DNA of 64,000 nt from a virus, in IMG/VR virus record IMGVR_UViG_3300025168_000063, positions 11,536 through 75,535 of that record; one strand, given 5' to 3'. The notes under the pieces were generated by a model, which was given only the letters and a program-made list of their open reading frames with translations, had not been told where the DNA came from and made no database searches. A program made the position numbers and the translations under genes. Each line of letters begins with the position of its first letter. Within the stretch, counting starts at the first letter, position 1. Positions 1 to 7,893 of this stretch are shown here, piece after piece.

Positions 1-1
1 A

Positions 2-529
2 ACCCATTATGTAGATTTATTTGAAGTAGCTGGAGCGAAGACATTTATAGGTAATATGAATATGTATCACGTATGGCAGGATGTTTATAAAGATGTTGAA
101 GAGAATGGAAAATTTGACTTTTGTGTATGTACACATACGTTAGAGGATGTTTGTAATCCTCAGATGCCATTATACTTTATGCCAATCATTGCGCATGAAG
201 GATATATAGCTACTCCATCTAAGTATGCAGAGTTGACAACTAACATATATGCATTCAAAGGATCACTCCACCATAGATGGATATTCAACAACCAAGACGG
301 TCAATGTGTAATATATCCAAAAGTCAGTTACATCGAACGTGAACAAAAGTTTGATAGAATCTGCTACCCTACTTGGGATGCAATGCTAGCTGATAAGGTT
401 GAGGAGTTGCAGTTCTTTTGGAAAGAATCCATAGATTATAGATTTATGAACAATGACTATATGGGCCCATCTGATGCAGCTGTGTTTAGATATTATGATG
501 GATTGTTAAACGATGAAGTTAAGATTTGA
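2..529 (+). CDS. Class I SAM-dependent methyltransferase-like protein (5' truncated by window edge)
   Basis: The frame is open from position 2. FDFCVCTHTLEDV resembles the post-motif II 'FDxxxxxHxLEH' of Methyltransf_11/23, followed by GYIATP and HHRW. Confidence 0.6.
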   Translation, partial: THYVDLFEVAGAKTFIGNMNMYHVWQDVYKDVEENGKFDFCVCTHTLEDVCNPQMPLYFMPIIAHEGYIATPSKYAELTTNIYAFKGSLHHRWIFNNQDGQCVIYPKVSYIEREQKFDRICYPTWDAMLADKVEELQFFWKESIDYRFMNNDYMGPSDAAVFRYYDGLLNDEVKI

Positions 530-893
530 TATTTATATGCAGACAATGAATAGTAACTACGATATAAACGATCCGGATAACAATGATTTAATAGTACATG
601 AATCAATGGATAACGTGTATAGTATAATAACAAAGCAGGATACATATCATACCATCTCAGAGCGTAAAGGTAGAGTATTAATGTTATTCAATCCCTTTGA
701 TAAACGTCCTGATGTGGATGAGCTTATTGACACGCTTATTGAATACTATGCATTACCAGACATTGAGATGTATGAGAGATGTGCTGAGCTTGTAAAGCTA
801 AAGCAATCAGATAAGAAGTTTTCTGTTGAAGACATATTTGAATCTGATATAGAGTTTGATCCTGACTGGGATATTGAAGATAATGACCGCTAG
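513..893 (+). CDS. Hypothetical protein with UVR (UvrB/C)-like helical motif; true start may be 537 or 546
   Basis: EMYERCAELVKLK resembles the UVR motif E-x-Y/F-E-x-A-A-x-x-R-D; acidic tail. An ATATTTAT motif at 529-536 suggests a downstream start. Confidence 0.5.
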   Translation: MKLRFDIYMQTMNSNYDINDPDNNDLIVHESMDNVYSIITKQDTYHTISERKGRVLMLFNPFDKRPDVDELIDTLIEYYALPDIEMYERCAELVKLKQSDKKFSVEDIFESDIEFDPDWDIEDNDR

Positions 894-1085
894 TACTTTT
901 ATTAGCTGCTCTTTTGGACGAGGGTTCGAAACCCTCCACCTCCACTAAACAATTTACATTATGGGGGTGACTGGCTTTGACAGGGAGATAAGGATAAGAG
1001 GAAGGTCAACGCGTAACTGGCGAACAAGTTGAAATGGCGATGGCGGCTTAGGCACCCTGACCCCCCGGCCTAAAAGGGTATGGTC
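884..1085 (+). ncRNA. ssrA: Circularly permuted (two-piece) tmRNA: acceptor piece ~884-944, intervening segment 945-962, coding piece 963-~1085
   Basis: T-arm GAGGG-TTCGAAA-CCCTC (920-936) and CACCTCC-A (937-944) lie upstream of GGGGGTG-ACTGGCTTTGAC (963-). They form a 7-bp acceptor stem with G3-U70 (G965/T941). The tag frame 1019-1051 follows TAACT and encodes GEQVEMAMAA*. The outer ends are approximate. Confidence 0.92.
1019..1051 (+). other. tmRNA proteolysis tag reading frame, (A)GEQVEMAMAA
   Basis: GGC GAA CAA GTT GAA ATG GCG ATG GCG GCT TAG, with a TAACT resume context and C-terminal AA. Confidence 0.88.
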
Positions 1086-1135
1086 GTCAAATAACCTGGT
1101 TGGGTGGAGGTACTAATAAAAAAGGAATGATAGAC

Positions 1136-1582
1136 ATGGCAGCTAAAAAGTGGACAATAGAGGATGTACTCGATCCCGATTCTGACTTCTGGATATTTGA
1201 AGAAGAAGAAATTTGGGATTGGTTAGACCGTATACCAAATGAGCGCCAAGACCAAGCATTTAAAAATATAGAAGAATGGATCGCAGATGGAGATATCAAA
1301 CTAGAAGAACCATTTGATACGAAACCGCTCAAGGATCAATTTGAATCCAACCTCAACAACTTGCAGGACACTAAACGTCTGCAGAGTATGATTCAATCTG
1401 ATATGATTAATGTTACTATGGTAAATAATATGGTTGCACTATCAGCTAAGAATCTACCAAAGCTCAAAGAGATGAAGGATCTAATGGAGAGCCACGGAAA
1501 CAAATTTGTCGAGTACAGATTTAGATTAAATAAAAATGAAGAAAAGGTACATACGTACATATTTATTATTGAAGGCAACTAA
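1136..1582 (+). CDS. Hypothetical protein (acidic N-terminus)
   Basis: The track ORF starts at TTG 1100. ATG 1136 has an SD-like AAGGA at 1122-1126 and is the more likely start. Confidence 0.65.
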   Translation: MAAKKWTIEDVLDPDSDFWIFEEEEIWDWLDRIPNERQDQAFKNIEEWIADGDIKLEEPFDTKPLKDQFESNLNNLQDTKRLQSMIQSDMINVTMVNNMVALSAKNLPKLKEMKDLMESHGNKFVEYRFRLNKNEEKVHTYIFIIEGN

Positions 1583-1584
1583 TA

Positions 1585-2082
1585 CAGTAGGTTGGGTGTC
1601 TTAACATAAAATCATTTAAGGAGATTAATATGACAACATTCTTTCAAGAAAGGTTCTATCCAACGGACCTATTATTCAGAAATTTTTTCGACGGAGAAGC
1701 TTCATTTAGAGGCTTACAAGATAACAAACCAAGCTATCCAGTAGATATATATCTACAAGAGGATAATTTATGTTTTGATATTGCATGCGTCGGGTTGGAA
1801 AAAAGTGATATAGATGTCACAGTAGAAGGCAGTACATTATTGATTGCCTATACAAAACCAAGTGTAGAATCAAACCCATCAGATGTTAAAGCACCGGACT
1901 ATATCCATAAAGGTATAGCTCGAAGAAGCTTTGATATGGGATGGAAAGTAAGTCCGAAGTTCGATCTTACAAATATAAACGCAACAATGGCTAACGGATT
2001 ATTGAAAGTGGTAGTACCAGTTTCAGAGGAAAGTAAGCCAAAATTAGTTACAATTAAGTAAAATATGATACCCAACCTACTG
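1585..2082. repeat. 16-bp inverted repeat bracketing the Hsp20 gene (arms 1585-1600 and 2067-2082)
   Basis: CAGTAGGTTGGGTGTC versus GATACCCAACCTACTG gives 15 Watson-Crick pairs plus one G-U. It extends with AACT (1577-1580)/AGTT (2084-2087). Confidence 0.9.
1630..2061 (+). CDS. Small heat shock protein (Hsp20/IbpA family)
   Basis: YPVDIY, IACVGLEKSDIDVTVEG, YIHKGIARRSF and ATMANGLLKV are alpha-crystallin motifs; C-terminal VTIK; SD AAGGAG. Confidence 0.95.
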   Translation: MTTFFQERFYPTDLLFRNFFDGEASFRGLQDNKPSYPVDIYLQEDNLCFDIACVGLEKSDIDVTVEGSTLLIAYTKPSVESNPSDVKAPDYIHKGIARRSFDMGWKVSPKFDLTNINATMANGLLKVVVPVSEESKPKLVTIK

Positions 2083-2092
2083 GAGTTATATG

Positions 2093-2123
2093 GAATAGAG
2101 TAGCAATGCTCTATTCTTTTTTT
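2093..2123 (+). terminator. Rho-independent terminator
   Basis: GAATAGAGTA-GCAA-TGCTCTATTC hairpin with a GNRA loop, followed by T7. Confidence 0.9.
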
Positions 2124-2175
2124 ACAAACACACATATGTATAATATATGAATATAAGTTATAAAAGAGAAAAACT

Positions 2176-2355
2176 ATGAAGTATAAACAAGAAGTACAAG
2201 AAAAACTGAATCAAGCAGATCAATTATTATTCACTATTCTAGAAGGCATGCGCGATAAAAAAATTACTGTTGAACTAGCCGTTGATAAAATGAGACAAGC
2301 AAGGCAATTGGTAAAGGAATGTGAAGCTAGGGTTCAAATAAATTACGATAGCTAA
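2176..2355 (+). CDS. Small helical hypothetical protein (59 aa, not in ORF track)
   Basis: MKYKQEVQEKLNQADQLLFTILEGMRDKKITVELAVDKMRQARQLVKECEARVQINYDS*. It fills the gap and abuts the next ATG (TAATAATG). Confidence 0.75.
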   Translation: MKYKQEVQEKLNQADQLLFTILEGMRDKKITVELAVDKMRQARQLVKECEARVQINYDS

Positions 2356-2357
2356 TA

Positions 2358-3488
2358 ATGAAAAAAAGACTTTTTCCATTTACAATAGGACTAGCTGCAT
2401 TGGCCGTCTCTGGCTCTGCTGCATTCTATTCTGTATTTGGTTTAAGTAAATTGTTCGCAGGAGCTAGCCTACAAGTAATTATAATGGCTGGTTCATTAGA
2501 ATTTGCTAAACTGGTTACTGCATCCCTACTATATCAGTACTGGGACTCTATCAATAAATTTTTAAGAACATACCTATCAATAGCTGTATTTATTTTAATG
2601 GTAATTACCTCCGGCGGTATATACGGATTCTTATCTGGTGCATATCAAGAGACAGCAACCAAATCAGAATTTCTAGATAAGTCATTAGCTGTATTGGAAA
2701 TCAAACAAACCAGATTTGAAGAAAGTAAGTCTGATGCTAAGATAGAAAAGACACAGTTAACTAAATCAATATCAGATTTAAGAATTGCACTTTCTAATCC
2801 AGCTCAGGTACAATATATAGATAAAGAATCAGGACAGCTAATTACAACAACATCTAGTTCTTCCAGAAGAGCATTGCAATCTGAATTAAATAAAACGATA
2901 GAAGATAGAAATAACCTTAATCTAAAGTTAGAGGTAATACAAGATTCTATTATGTCGTTAGATACTCGATTGTTAGATTTAGCTATTTCAAATGAAGATG
3001 AGAGAGAGCTGGGCCCATTAAAATACCTAGCAGAAACAACGGGTAAGGATATGGGACAAGTTGTTAATTGGTTTTTACTATTGATAGTATTTGTTTTTGA
3101 TCCATTAGCAATTGCAATGGTGGTCGCAGCTAATTTTGCTTTTGCACAAATCAAACCTAAAGAAGAAATAAAAATGTCAGTACCTGATGGAATGGAATTT
3201 AATAAACCATATCCCATACCACTACCGCCTTCACCACCACTAGAAGAATTTGATAACATTCCAGAGGAGACAAAGAATAAAGAAGATCAGTTAATGTTAG
3301 AAGCAGAAAAGCGAATGAACATAATAGGACAAAATGGAAATGATGGACTCCATTATGAGGAACAAGAAAATAATTTATATGGTGATAAGGCAACAGATAA
3401 TGCTAGACGACAAGCTGGATGGTATCAATTTCCCAACGGACATTGGAGAGATTCAGAAGGAGACGAGCATCCGCCATTAGGTTTATAG
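2358..3488 (+). CDS. Membrane protein with coiled-coil region
   Basis: Three N-terminal hydrophobic helices, GIYGFLS, a long heptad region, then TM LLIVFVFDPLAIAMV. Confidence 0.7.
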   Translation: MKKRLFPFTIGLAALAVSGSAAFYSVFGLSKLFAGASLQVIIMAGSLEFAKLVTASLLYQYWDSINKFLRTYLSIAVFILMVITSGGIYGFLSGAYQETATKSEFLDKSLAVLEIKQTRFEESKSDAKIEKTQLTKSISDLRIALSNPAQVQYIDKESGQLITTTSSSSRRALQSELNKTIEDRNNLNLKLEVIQDSIMSLDTRLLDLAISNEDERELGPLKYLAETTGKDMGQVVNWFLLLIVFVFDPLAIAMVVAANFAFAQIKPKEEIKMSVPDGMEFNKPYPIPLPPSPPLEEFDNIPEETKNKEDQLMLEAEKRMNIIGQNGNDGLHYEEQENNLYGDKATDNARRQAGWYQFPNGHWRDSEGDEHPPLGL

Positions 3489-3495
3489 AAAAAAA

Positions 3496-3527
3496 GTTGG
3501 TTGTTTGAAAAAAATTATGTATATTTA
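3496..3527 (+). promoter_or_regulatory. Host-type (Bacteroidota-like -33/-7) promoter
   Basis: GTTG-N20-TATATTTA; the same spacing recurs at 4018 and 29111. Confidence 0.65.
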
Positions 3528-3540
3528 ATTAAAGTTACAG

Positions 3541-4014
3541 ATGAAGAAAACAGAAGACATAGAATACGACGTACAACACGTAGATGGTGTTAGACACATG
3601 GAGTGTAGAGATTGTGGACAATATGTTCCAACAGCAGAAGGAACATCAGCTACCACATGTCACGAGTGCGTCAGAGAAAATTATGAGAAGGAGTTTCCTT
3701 TTACTCCAACAAAAAGTTATAAAGGATCTGGGAAGCCAAGAGGGTGGGCTTTCATGAAGGAATTCGTTGATAAAGATGGTAACGTATTTCATAAAGGTAA
3801 AGAGCAACCAAAACTAAAAGGAACGCTTAAACCAACACCACCGAAGCCGAAGTCGGCAAAACCAAAACTCTCAAAGATACAAAAAGCTAACCTCAAGCGT
3901 CAAGCTATGATCACATATCATAAGCTAAAGAAGTCTCTAAACAAAGCTAAAACAAAAAAGGCTGCAAGAGAAATTCAGAGGGAAATCAGAAAGCTGGAAA
4001 AAATAATCAAGTAA
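3541..4014 (+). CDS. Zinc-ribbon protein with basic C-terminus
   Basis: CRDC...CHEC followed by a Lys-rich tail. Confidence 0.7.
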   Translation: MKKTEDIEYDVQHVDGVRHMECRDCGQYVPTAEGTSATTCHECVRENYEKEFPFTPTKSYKGSGKPRGWAFMKEFVDKDGNVFHKGKEQPKLKGTLKPTPPKPKSAKPKLSKIQKANLKRQAMITYHKLKKSLNKAKTKKAAREIQREIRKLEKIIK

Positions 4015-4017
4015 ATC

Positions 4018-4049
4018 GTTGCGTAATCCAAATAAATGTTGTATATTTA
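4018..4049 (+). promoter_or_regulatory. Host-type (Bacteroidota-like) promoter
   Basis: GTTG-N20-TATATTTA in an intergenic gap. Confidence 0.65.
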
Positions 4050-4074
4050 AGTATAAATATAAAAGCGGATAACT

Positions 4075-4620
4075 ATGACTAAAAAAAGAATATATATTGA
4101 TATGGACGGCGTCTTAGCTAACTTTCAAAAAGAAGCTGATAAGATTCCAGAGGTAGGACACCCAGACGAAGTATTAGATTTCTCAACATTTGAAGTGATG
4201 CCAGGTGCCACGGAAGCGGTGGAAGCATTATGGGAGGCAGGTTATGATTTATTCATTGCAACTACTCCACCATGGGACAATCCAGATTCTTGGGGACAGA
4301 AGAGAAACTGGATAGCAGAACACTTTCCATCTCTCAAAAGAAAAATGTTCTTAACACACCGTAAGGATTTATTGATAGGAGATATTCTAATTGATGATAC
4401 AACTCGTAGAGGTCAAACAGAATTCCAAGGTGAATTTATACACTTTGCAACTGACAAATTTCCAACTTGGAAAGAGGTCGTGAATCATTTAACTGAGGAT
4501 ACTCAGATTTCATTATTTGATGATCCACAATACATATATGAAAGAAACCCAGACACTAACGTTATTAGAAAAAGAATAGCTGGTGACTATAGCAATGAGG
4601 TTGAGATAACAAATGGATAA
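4075..4620 (+). CDS. 5'(3')-deoxyribonucleotidase (NT5C, HAD superfamily)
   Basis: IYIDMDGVLANF (HAD motif I), KRNWIAEHFP and KDLLIGDILIDD. Confidence 0.9.
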   Translation: MTKKRIYIDMDGVLANFQKEADKIPEVGHPDEVLDFSTFEVMPGATEAVEALWEAGYDLFIATTPPWDNPDSWGQKRNWIAEHFPSLKRKMFLTHRKDLLIGDILIDDTTRRGQTEFQGEFIHFATDKFPTWKEVVNHLTEDTQISLFDDPQYIYERNPDTNVIRKRIAGDYSNEVEITNG

Positions 4621-4822
4621 GATTGAATACACTAGAGGCACATATTCTAAGGAAGCTCAGAAAGTAGTTTTAGAAGTTAGAGAAGATTTAGATATACACG
4701 AATTCAAAACAATGTGCAGAAGATTAGCTGCATCGTTAGGATATAACTCGGAAAGTATTAATGAAGCTTTTGGAGATATAACACCTAAAGCAGATGCTAT
4801 TAAAAAAATATTAAAAGGATAA
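4613..4822 (+). CDS. Small hypothetical protein
   Basis: 69-aa ORF tightly packed between its neighbours. Confidence 0.7.
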   Translation: MDKIEYTRGTYSKEAQKVVLEVREDLDIHEFKTMCRRLAASLGYNSESINEAFGDITPKADAIKKILKG

Positions 4823-4825
4823 TAT

Positions 4826-5431
4826 ATGTCAATATATGAAGACAAGGTGGCCCCAATTAAACCGGTAGAAGATAATCAACCAAACGCTAAAGATATATTC
4901 AATGAGATAACATATCAGTTTGATATAACCGATAGTGTTGTATATTTAGTTGGAGAGATAGACGGATTTACGTTATTAGATATGATGACACGTATTCGAA
5001 CAATCCTAAAAAATAGAGCAGATGAAGATGCGCAACCAATTAATATGATTATAAATTCGGAAGGGGGATGTGTATATGAAATGTTAGCAATAGTTGATTA
5101 TATGAATTCACTACCAGTACCTGTAAACACAATCTGTAGAGGTAAAGCCTTTTCAGCAGCTGCATTAATATTAGCTAGTGGGACTGGTACAAGATACGCT
5201 AGCAAGCACTCATCGATAATGTTCCATCAATCATCAGCATGGTTACAAGGAAAACAGTCAGATATAAAAGCTAGCATTCATCATGTATCTGAAATAGATA
5301 AAACGTCTAATGTATTATTGAGTGATAAGACTACACTATCTGCAGAAGAATGGGAGCAAGCTCAACGGACTGACTATTGGTTATCATCTCAACAAGCACT
5401 CGATATAAAAGTTATTGACCAAATAATATAA
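4826..5431 (+). CDS. clpP: ClpP-family serine protease
   Basis: INSEGG, GKAFSAA (catalytic Ser), MFHQ (His) and TDYWLS...IDQI (Asp). Confidence 0.9.
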   Translation: MSIYEDKVAPIKPVEDNQPNAKDIFNEITYQFDITDSVVYLVGEIDGFTLLDMMTRIRTILKNRADEDAQPINMIINSEGGCVYEMLAIVDYMNSLPVPVNTICRGKAFSAAALILASGTGTRYASKHSSIMFHQSSAWLQGKQSDIKASIHHVSEIDKTSNVLLSDKTTLSAEEWEQAQRTDYWLSSQQALDIKVIDQII

Positions 5432-5433
5432 TT

Positions 5434-6006
5434 ATGAAAAAGGAAAAAATTTATACCTACGACCAAGTGGCAGGAGTATTGATGACGATAAGCGTTGCAA
5501 TGCTATTTCTAGCATGGACGTGGAGTATGGAAAATCAAATAGAAAGGCTAGAGCATAAACTGGAACATACTACGGATAGTTTAAATACTGCAATTGATAG
5601 TTTAATACATGAGATAGATACGCTAACATGGGAAACTCAAATATGGGATTTCAATCTATCTCAGAATACAACTCATTTATTATCAGCTATCATCTATGTC
5701 GAAAGTAGCAATAATGACTCCGCGTATGCAGCTAGTGAAGATGCAGTCGGTTGTTTACAAATTAGAAAATGCATGGTTAAAGATGTTAATAGAATATTAA
5801 AAAGACAAAAATCAGACTCAAGATTTACATACGATGATAGATGGTCAAGAAGTAAGTCAATTAAAATGTTTGATATTTACTGTAAGCATTACGGACTAAC
5901 TACAGCAGAAGAAATAGCAAGATGTTGGAATGGAGGACCAAGAGGAATGGATAATAATATGACAGTAGGTTATTGGAAAAAAGTAAAATCAAAAATAGAT
6001 AGTTAA
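5434..6006 (+). CDS. Membrane-anchored lysozyme (i-type/destabilase-like or lytic transglycosylase fold)
   Basis: N-terminal TM helix and coiled linker, then AIIYVES (catalytic Glu), GCLQI and ARCWNGGPRG. Confidence 0.75.
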   Translation: MKKEKIYTYDQVAGVLMTISVAMLFLAWTWSMENQIERLEHKLEHTTDSLNTAIDSLIHEIDTLTWETQIWDFNLSQNTTHLLSAIIYVESSNNDSAYAASEDAVGCLQIRKCMVKDVNRILKRQKSDSRFTYDDRWSRSKSIKMFDIYCKHYGLTTAEEIARCWNGGPRGMDNNMTVGYWKKVKSKIDS

Positions 6007-6008
6007 AT

Positions 6009-6758
6009 ATGACAGCAGAACAAATAGCAGAAAATTGGGAACGTTTACTTCAATGTATTGATACAGAAATAAGCGGAGACCGTAAAAAGAAACTAACAGA
6101 ATTCTATACTCACTATGAGGATAGAATAAGTATGATGCCGGCATCCAGCTTCGAGCATTTTCATAATTGCTTTCCAGGAGGATATGTAGATCACATTCTA
6201 CGAGTAGTGGAATGTGCTGTAGAGTTATATGAAGTGTGGAATCGTATGGGAGCAAACTCTGAAGATTATACTCGAGAAGAGTTAGTATTCGCAGCAATCA
6301 ATCACGACCTAGGAAAGATAGGAACTGAAGAAGGACCACAGTACTTGCCTAATCCAAGTGAGTGGCACAGAAAGAATCAAGGAAAGATTTATACAAACAA
6401 TCCAGAGATACCTTTCATGATGGTACCAGATAGAACATTATTCTTATTACAAGAATGGAGCATCCCAGTATCGTATAACGAGTATGTAGGTATCAAGACA
6501 CATGATGGGGTATATGACGATTCAAACAAACCTTACTTCAAGGCAAGTGGGAAGGATTCTAAATTACAATCACACATGCCAATACTTTTACATCATGCGG
6601 ACCACATGGCCTCTCGTATAGAGTATGAGAAGTGGGTGGCACAAAACGGTTCCAAACCCGCTACCCCAACTCGCGCTACAAAATCCCGCGCGCTCTCCAC
6701 TGACACCTCCGAATCTGCCAAGGATGCATTCAAGAGTTTGTTTGGAGAAGATTCGTGA
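6009..6758 (+). CDS. HD-domain phosphohydrolase
   Basis: FHNCFPGGYVDH...HDLGKIG...HDG...LHHAD. Confidence 0.88.
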   Translation: MTAEQIAENWERLLQCIDTEISGDRKKKLTEFYTHYEDRISMMPASSFEHFHNCFPGGYVDHILRVVECAVELYEVWNRMGANSEDYTREELVFAAINHDLGKIGTEEGPQYLPNPSEWHRKNQGKIYTNNPEIPFMMVPDRTLFLLQEWSIPVSYNEYVGIKTHDGVYDDSNKPYFKASGKDSKLQSHMPILLHHADHMASRIEYEKWVAQNGSKPATPTRATKSRALSTDTSESAKDAFKSLFGEDS

Positions 6759-7057
6759 TCACTGCAATAATAATATTATCTGTATTACTCGTAGCAAGTT
6801 GTTTTATTATATATAACTTACTACATAAGGTGGAACGACATGAAGATTTCTCAAGCCAATTGTCTAAATGGGTAGATGGTTTAAATCAAATAGCATCCAA
6901 CATAGTTAAAAAAATAGATATAATTGATGAGAAAGGAATCTTCAAATCAGATGATTATGTCGGTGACATGTATAAACAAATAAATCAACTAGTAAAAGAA
7001 TTAGACACTATAATAATTAAAGATGGAACAAAAGATGGAAATGACACAAACGCTTAG
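6755..7057 (+). CDS. Small single-pass membrane protein
   Basis: GTG start overlapping the previous stop; N-terminal hydrophobic helix plus coiled coil. Confidence 0.7.
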   Translation: MITAIIILSVLLVASCFIIYNLLHKVERHEDFSSQLSKWVDGLNQIASNIVKKIDIIDEKGIFKSDDYVGDMYKQINQLVKELDTIIIKDGTKDGNDTNA

Positions 7058-7880
7058 CCCAGTACAACAATTTTATATTGACTACGCAAATAAAGTTCAA
7101 AAGGAAGAAGAACATAAGGCATGGCTGGCATCGCTGACTCCTAAAGAACGTAAGGAGCTGAAAAAGAAACGTGGTCGCCCTAGAACTAAGAAATATTACT
7201 TCGATCAAAATGTTGAAGATGCAATTATTGCATACACAGCTGAAGAACACCAACACCTCCGTGATAAGGTATATAAAGATCATATATATAAAGCATTTGA
7301 TAAACTTGCTGAAAATATAATACACACATTCAAGTTTTATTACATGGATGGAAATCATAGTGATGTTAAGCATGAAGTAGTTGCATTCCTAATAGAGAAG
7401 ATGCCTAAGTTTACTAAAGGCAAAGGAAAGGCCTTTTCATATTTTTCAATAGTAGCTAAGAACTACCTCATCATAAACAATAATAAGCAGTATGCAAGAA
7501 TGAAGAAGAAGGCAGCTGTTATTACAATCGATACGGATAGAAATGTCGCAAATGAGATCTTCAGAGAAGATCGTATAGTAGAGATAAAAGATTTCTTCGA
7601 TGAGTTTATTGAATATTGGGAAGTATATCTATTTAAGAAATTTTCGAAAACGAGAGATAGGCAGATAGCAGATGCTCTTCTTGAGTTATTTAGAATACGA
7701 GAAAATATAGAGAATTTTAATAAGAAAGCATTGTATATAATGATACGTGAAATGACTGGTGTTAAAACTCTATACATAACTAAAGTAGTAAATACAATCA
7801 AACGAAGTTATCAAGTCATGTATCCGTTATATAAAAAATATGGATCAATATCTAAGATACCATCAGAACACCTCAGATAA
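7023..7880 (+). CDS. Phage RNA polymerase sigma factor (gp55-like late sigma)
   Basis: Sigma region 2-like KF...KGKAFSYFSIVAKNYL and N-terminal YF...EDAI. It sits immediately before the structural cluster. Confidence 0.75.
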   Translation: MEQKMEMTQTLSPVQQFYIDYANKVQKEEEHKAWLASLTPKERKELKKKRGRPRTKKYYFDQNVEDAIIAYTAEEHQHLRDKVYKDHIYKAFDKLAENIIHTFKFYYMDGNHSDVKHEVVAFLIEKMPKFTKGKGKAFSYFSIVAKNYLIINNNKQYARMKKKAAVITIDTDRNVANEIFREDRIVEIKDFFDEFIEYWEVYLFKKFSKTRDRQIADALLELFRIRENIENFNKKALYIMIREMTGVKTLYITKVVNTIKRSYQVMYPLYKKYGSISKIPSEHLR

Positions 7881-7893
7881 TCTAACTAGCTCC

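Noticed and set aside
736-945. Minus-strand ORF MEVEGFEPSS...
   Set aside because: This is the typical antisense shadow of a tRNA/tmRNA T-arm and overlaps real + strand features.
916-947. Stand-alone tRNA gene or attP/integration remnant
   Set aside because: There is no upstream 5' acceptor strand or anticodon arm. The matching strand lies downstream with a tag frame, and no integrase is visible.
1585-2082. MITE/IS or invertible segment around hsp20
   Set aside because: No transposase or recombinase and no evident target-site duplication; the G-U-type mismatch and promoter/terminator placement favour RNA pairing.
4052-4059. T4 late promoter TATAAATA
   Set aside because: Isolated copy before a non-structural gene in AT-rich DNA; late genes here use ATATTTAT.
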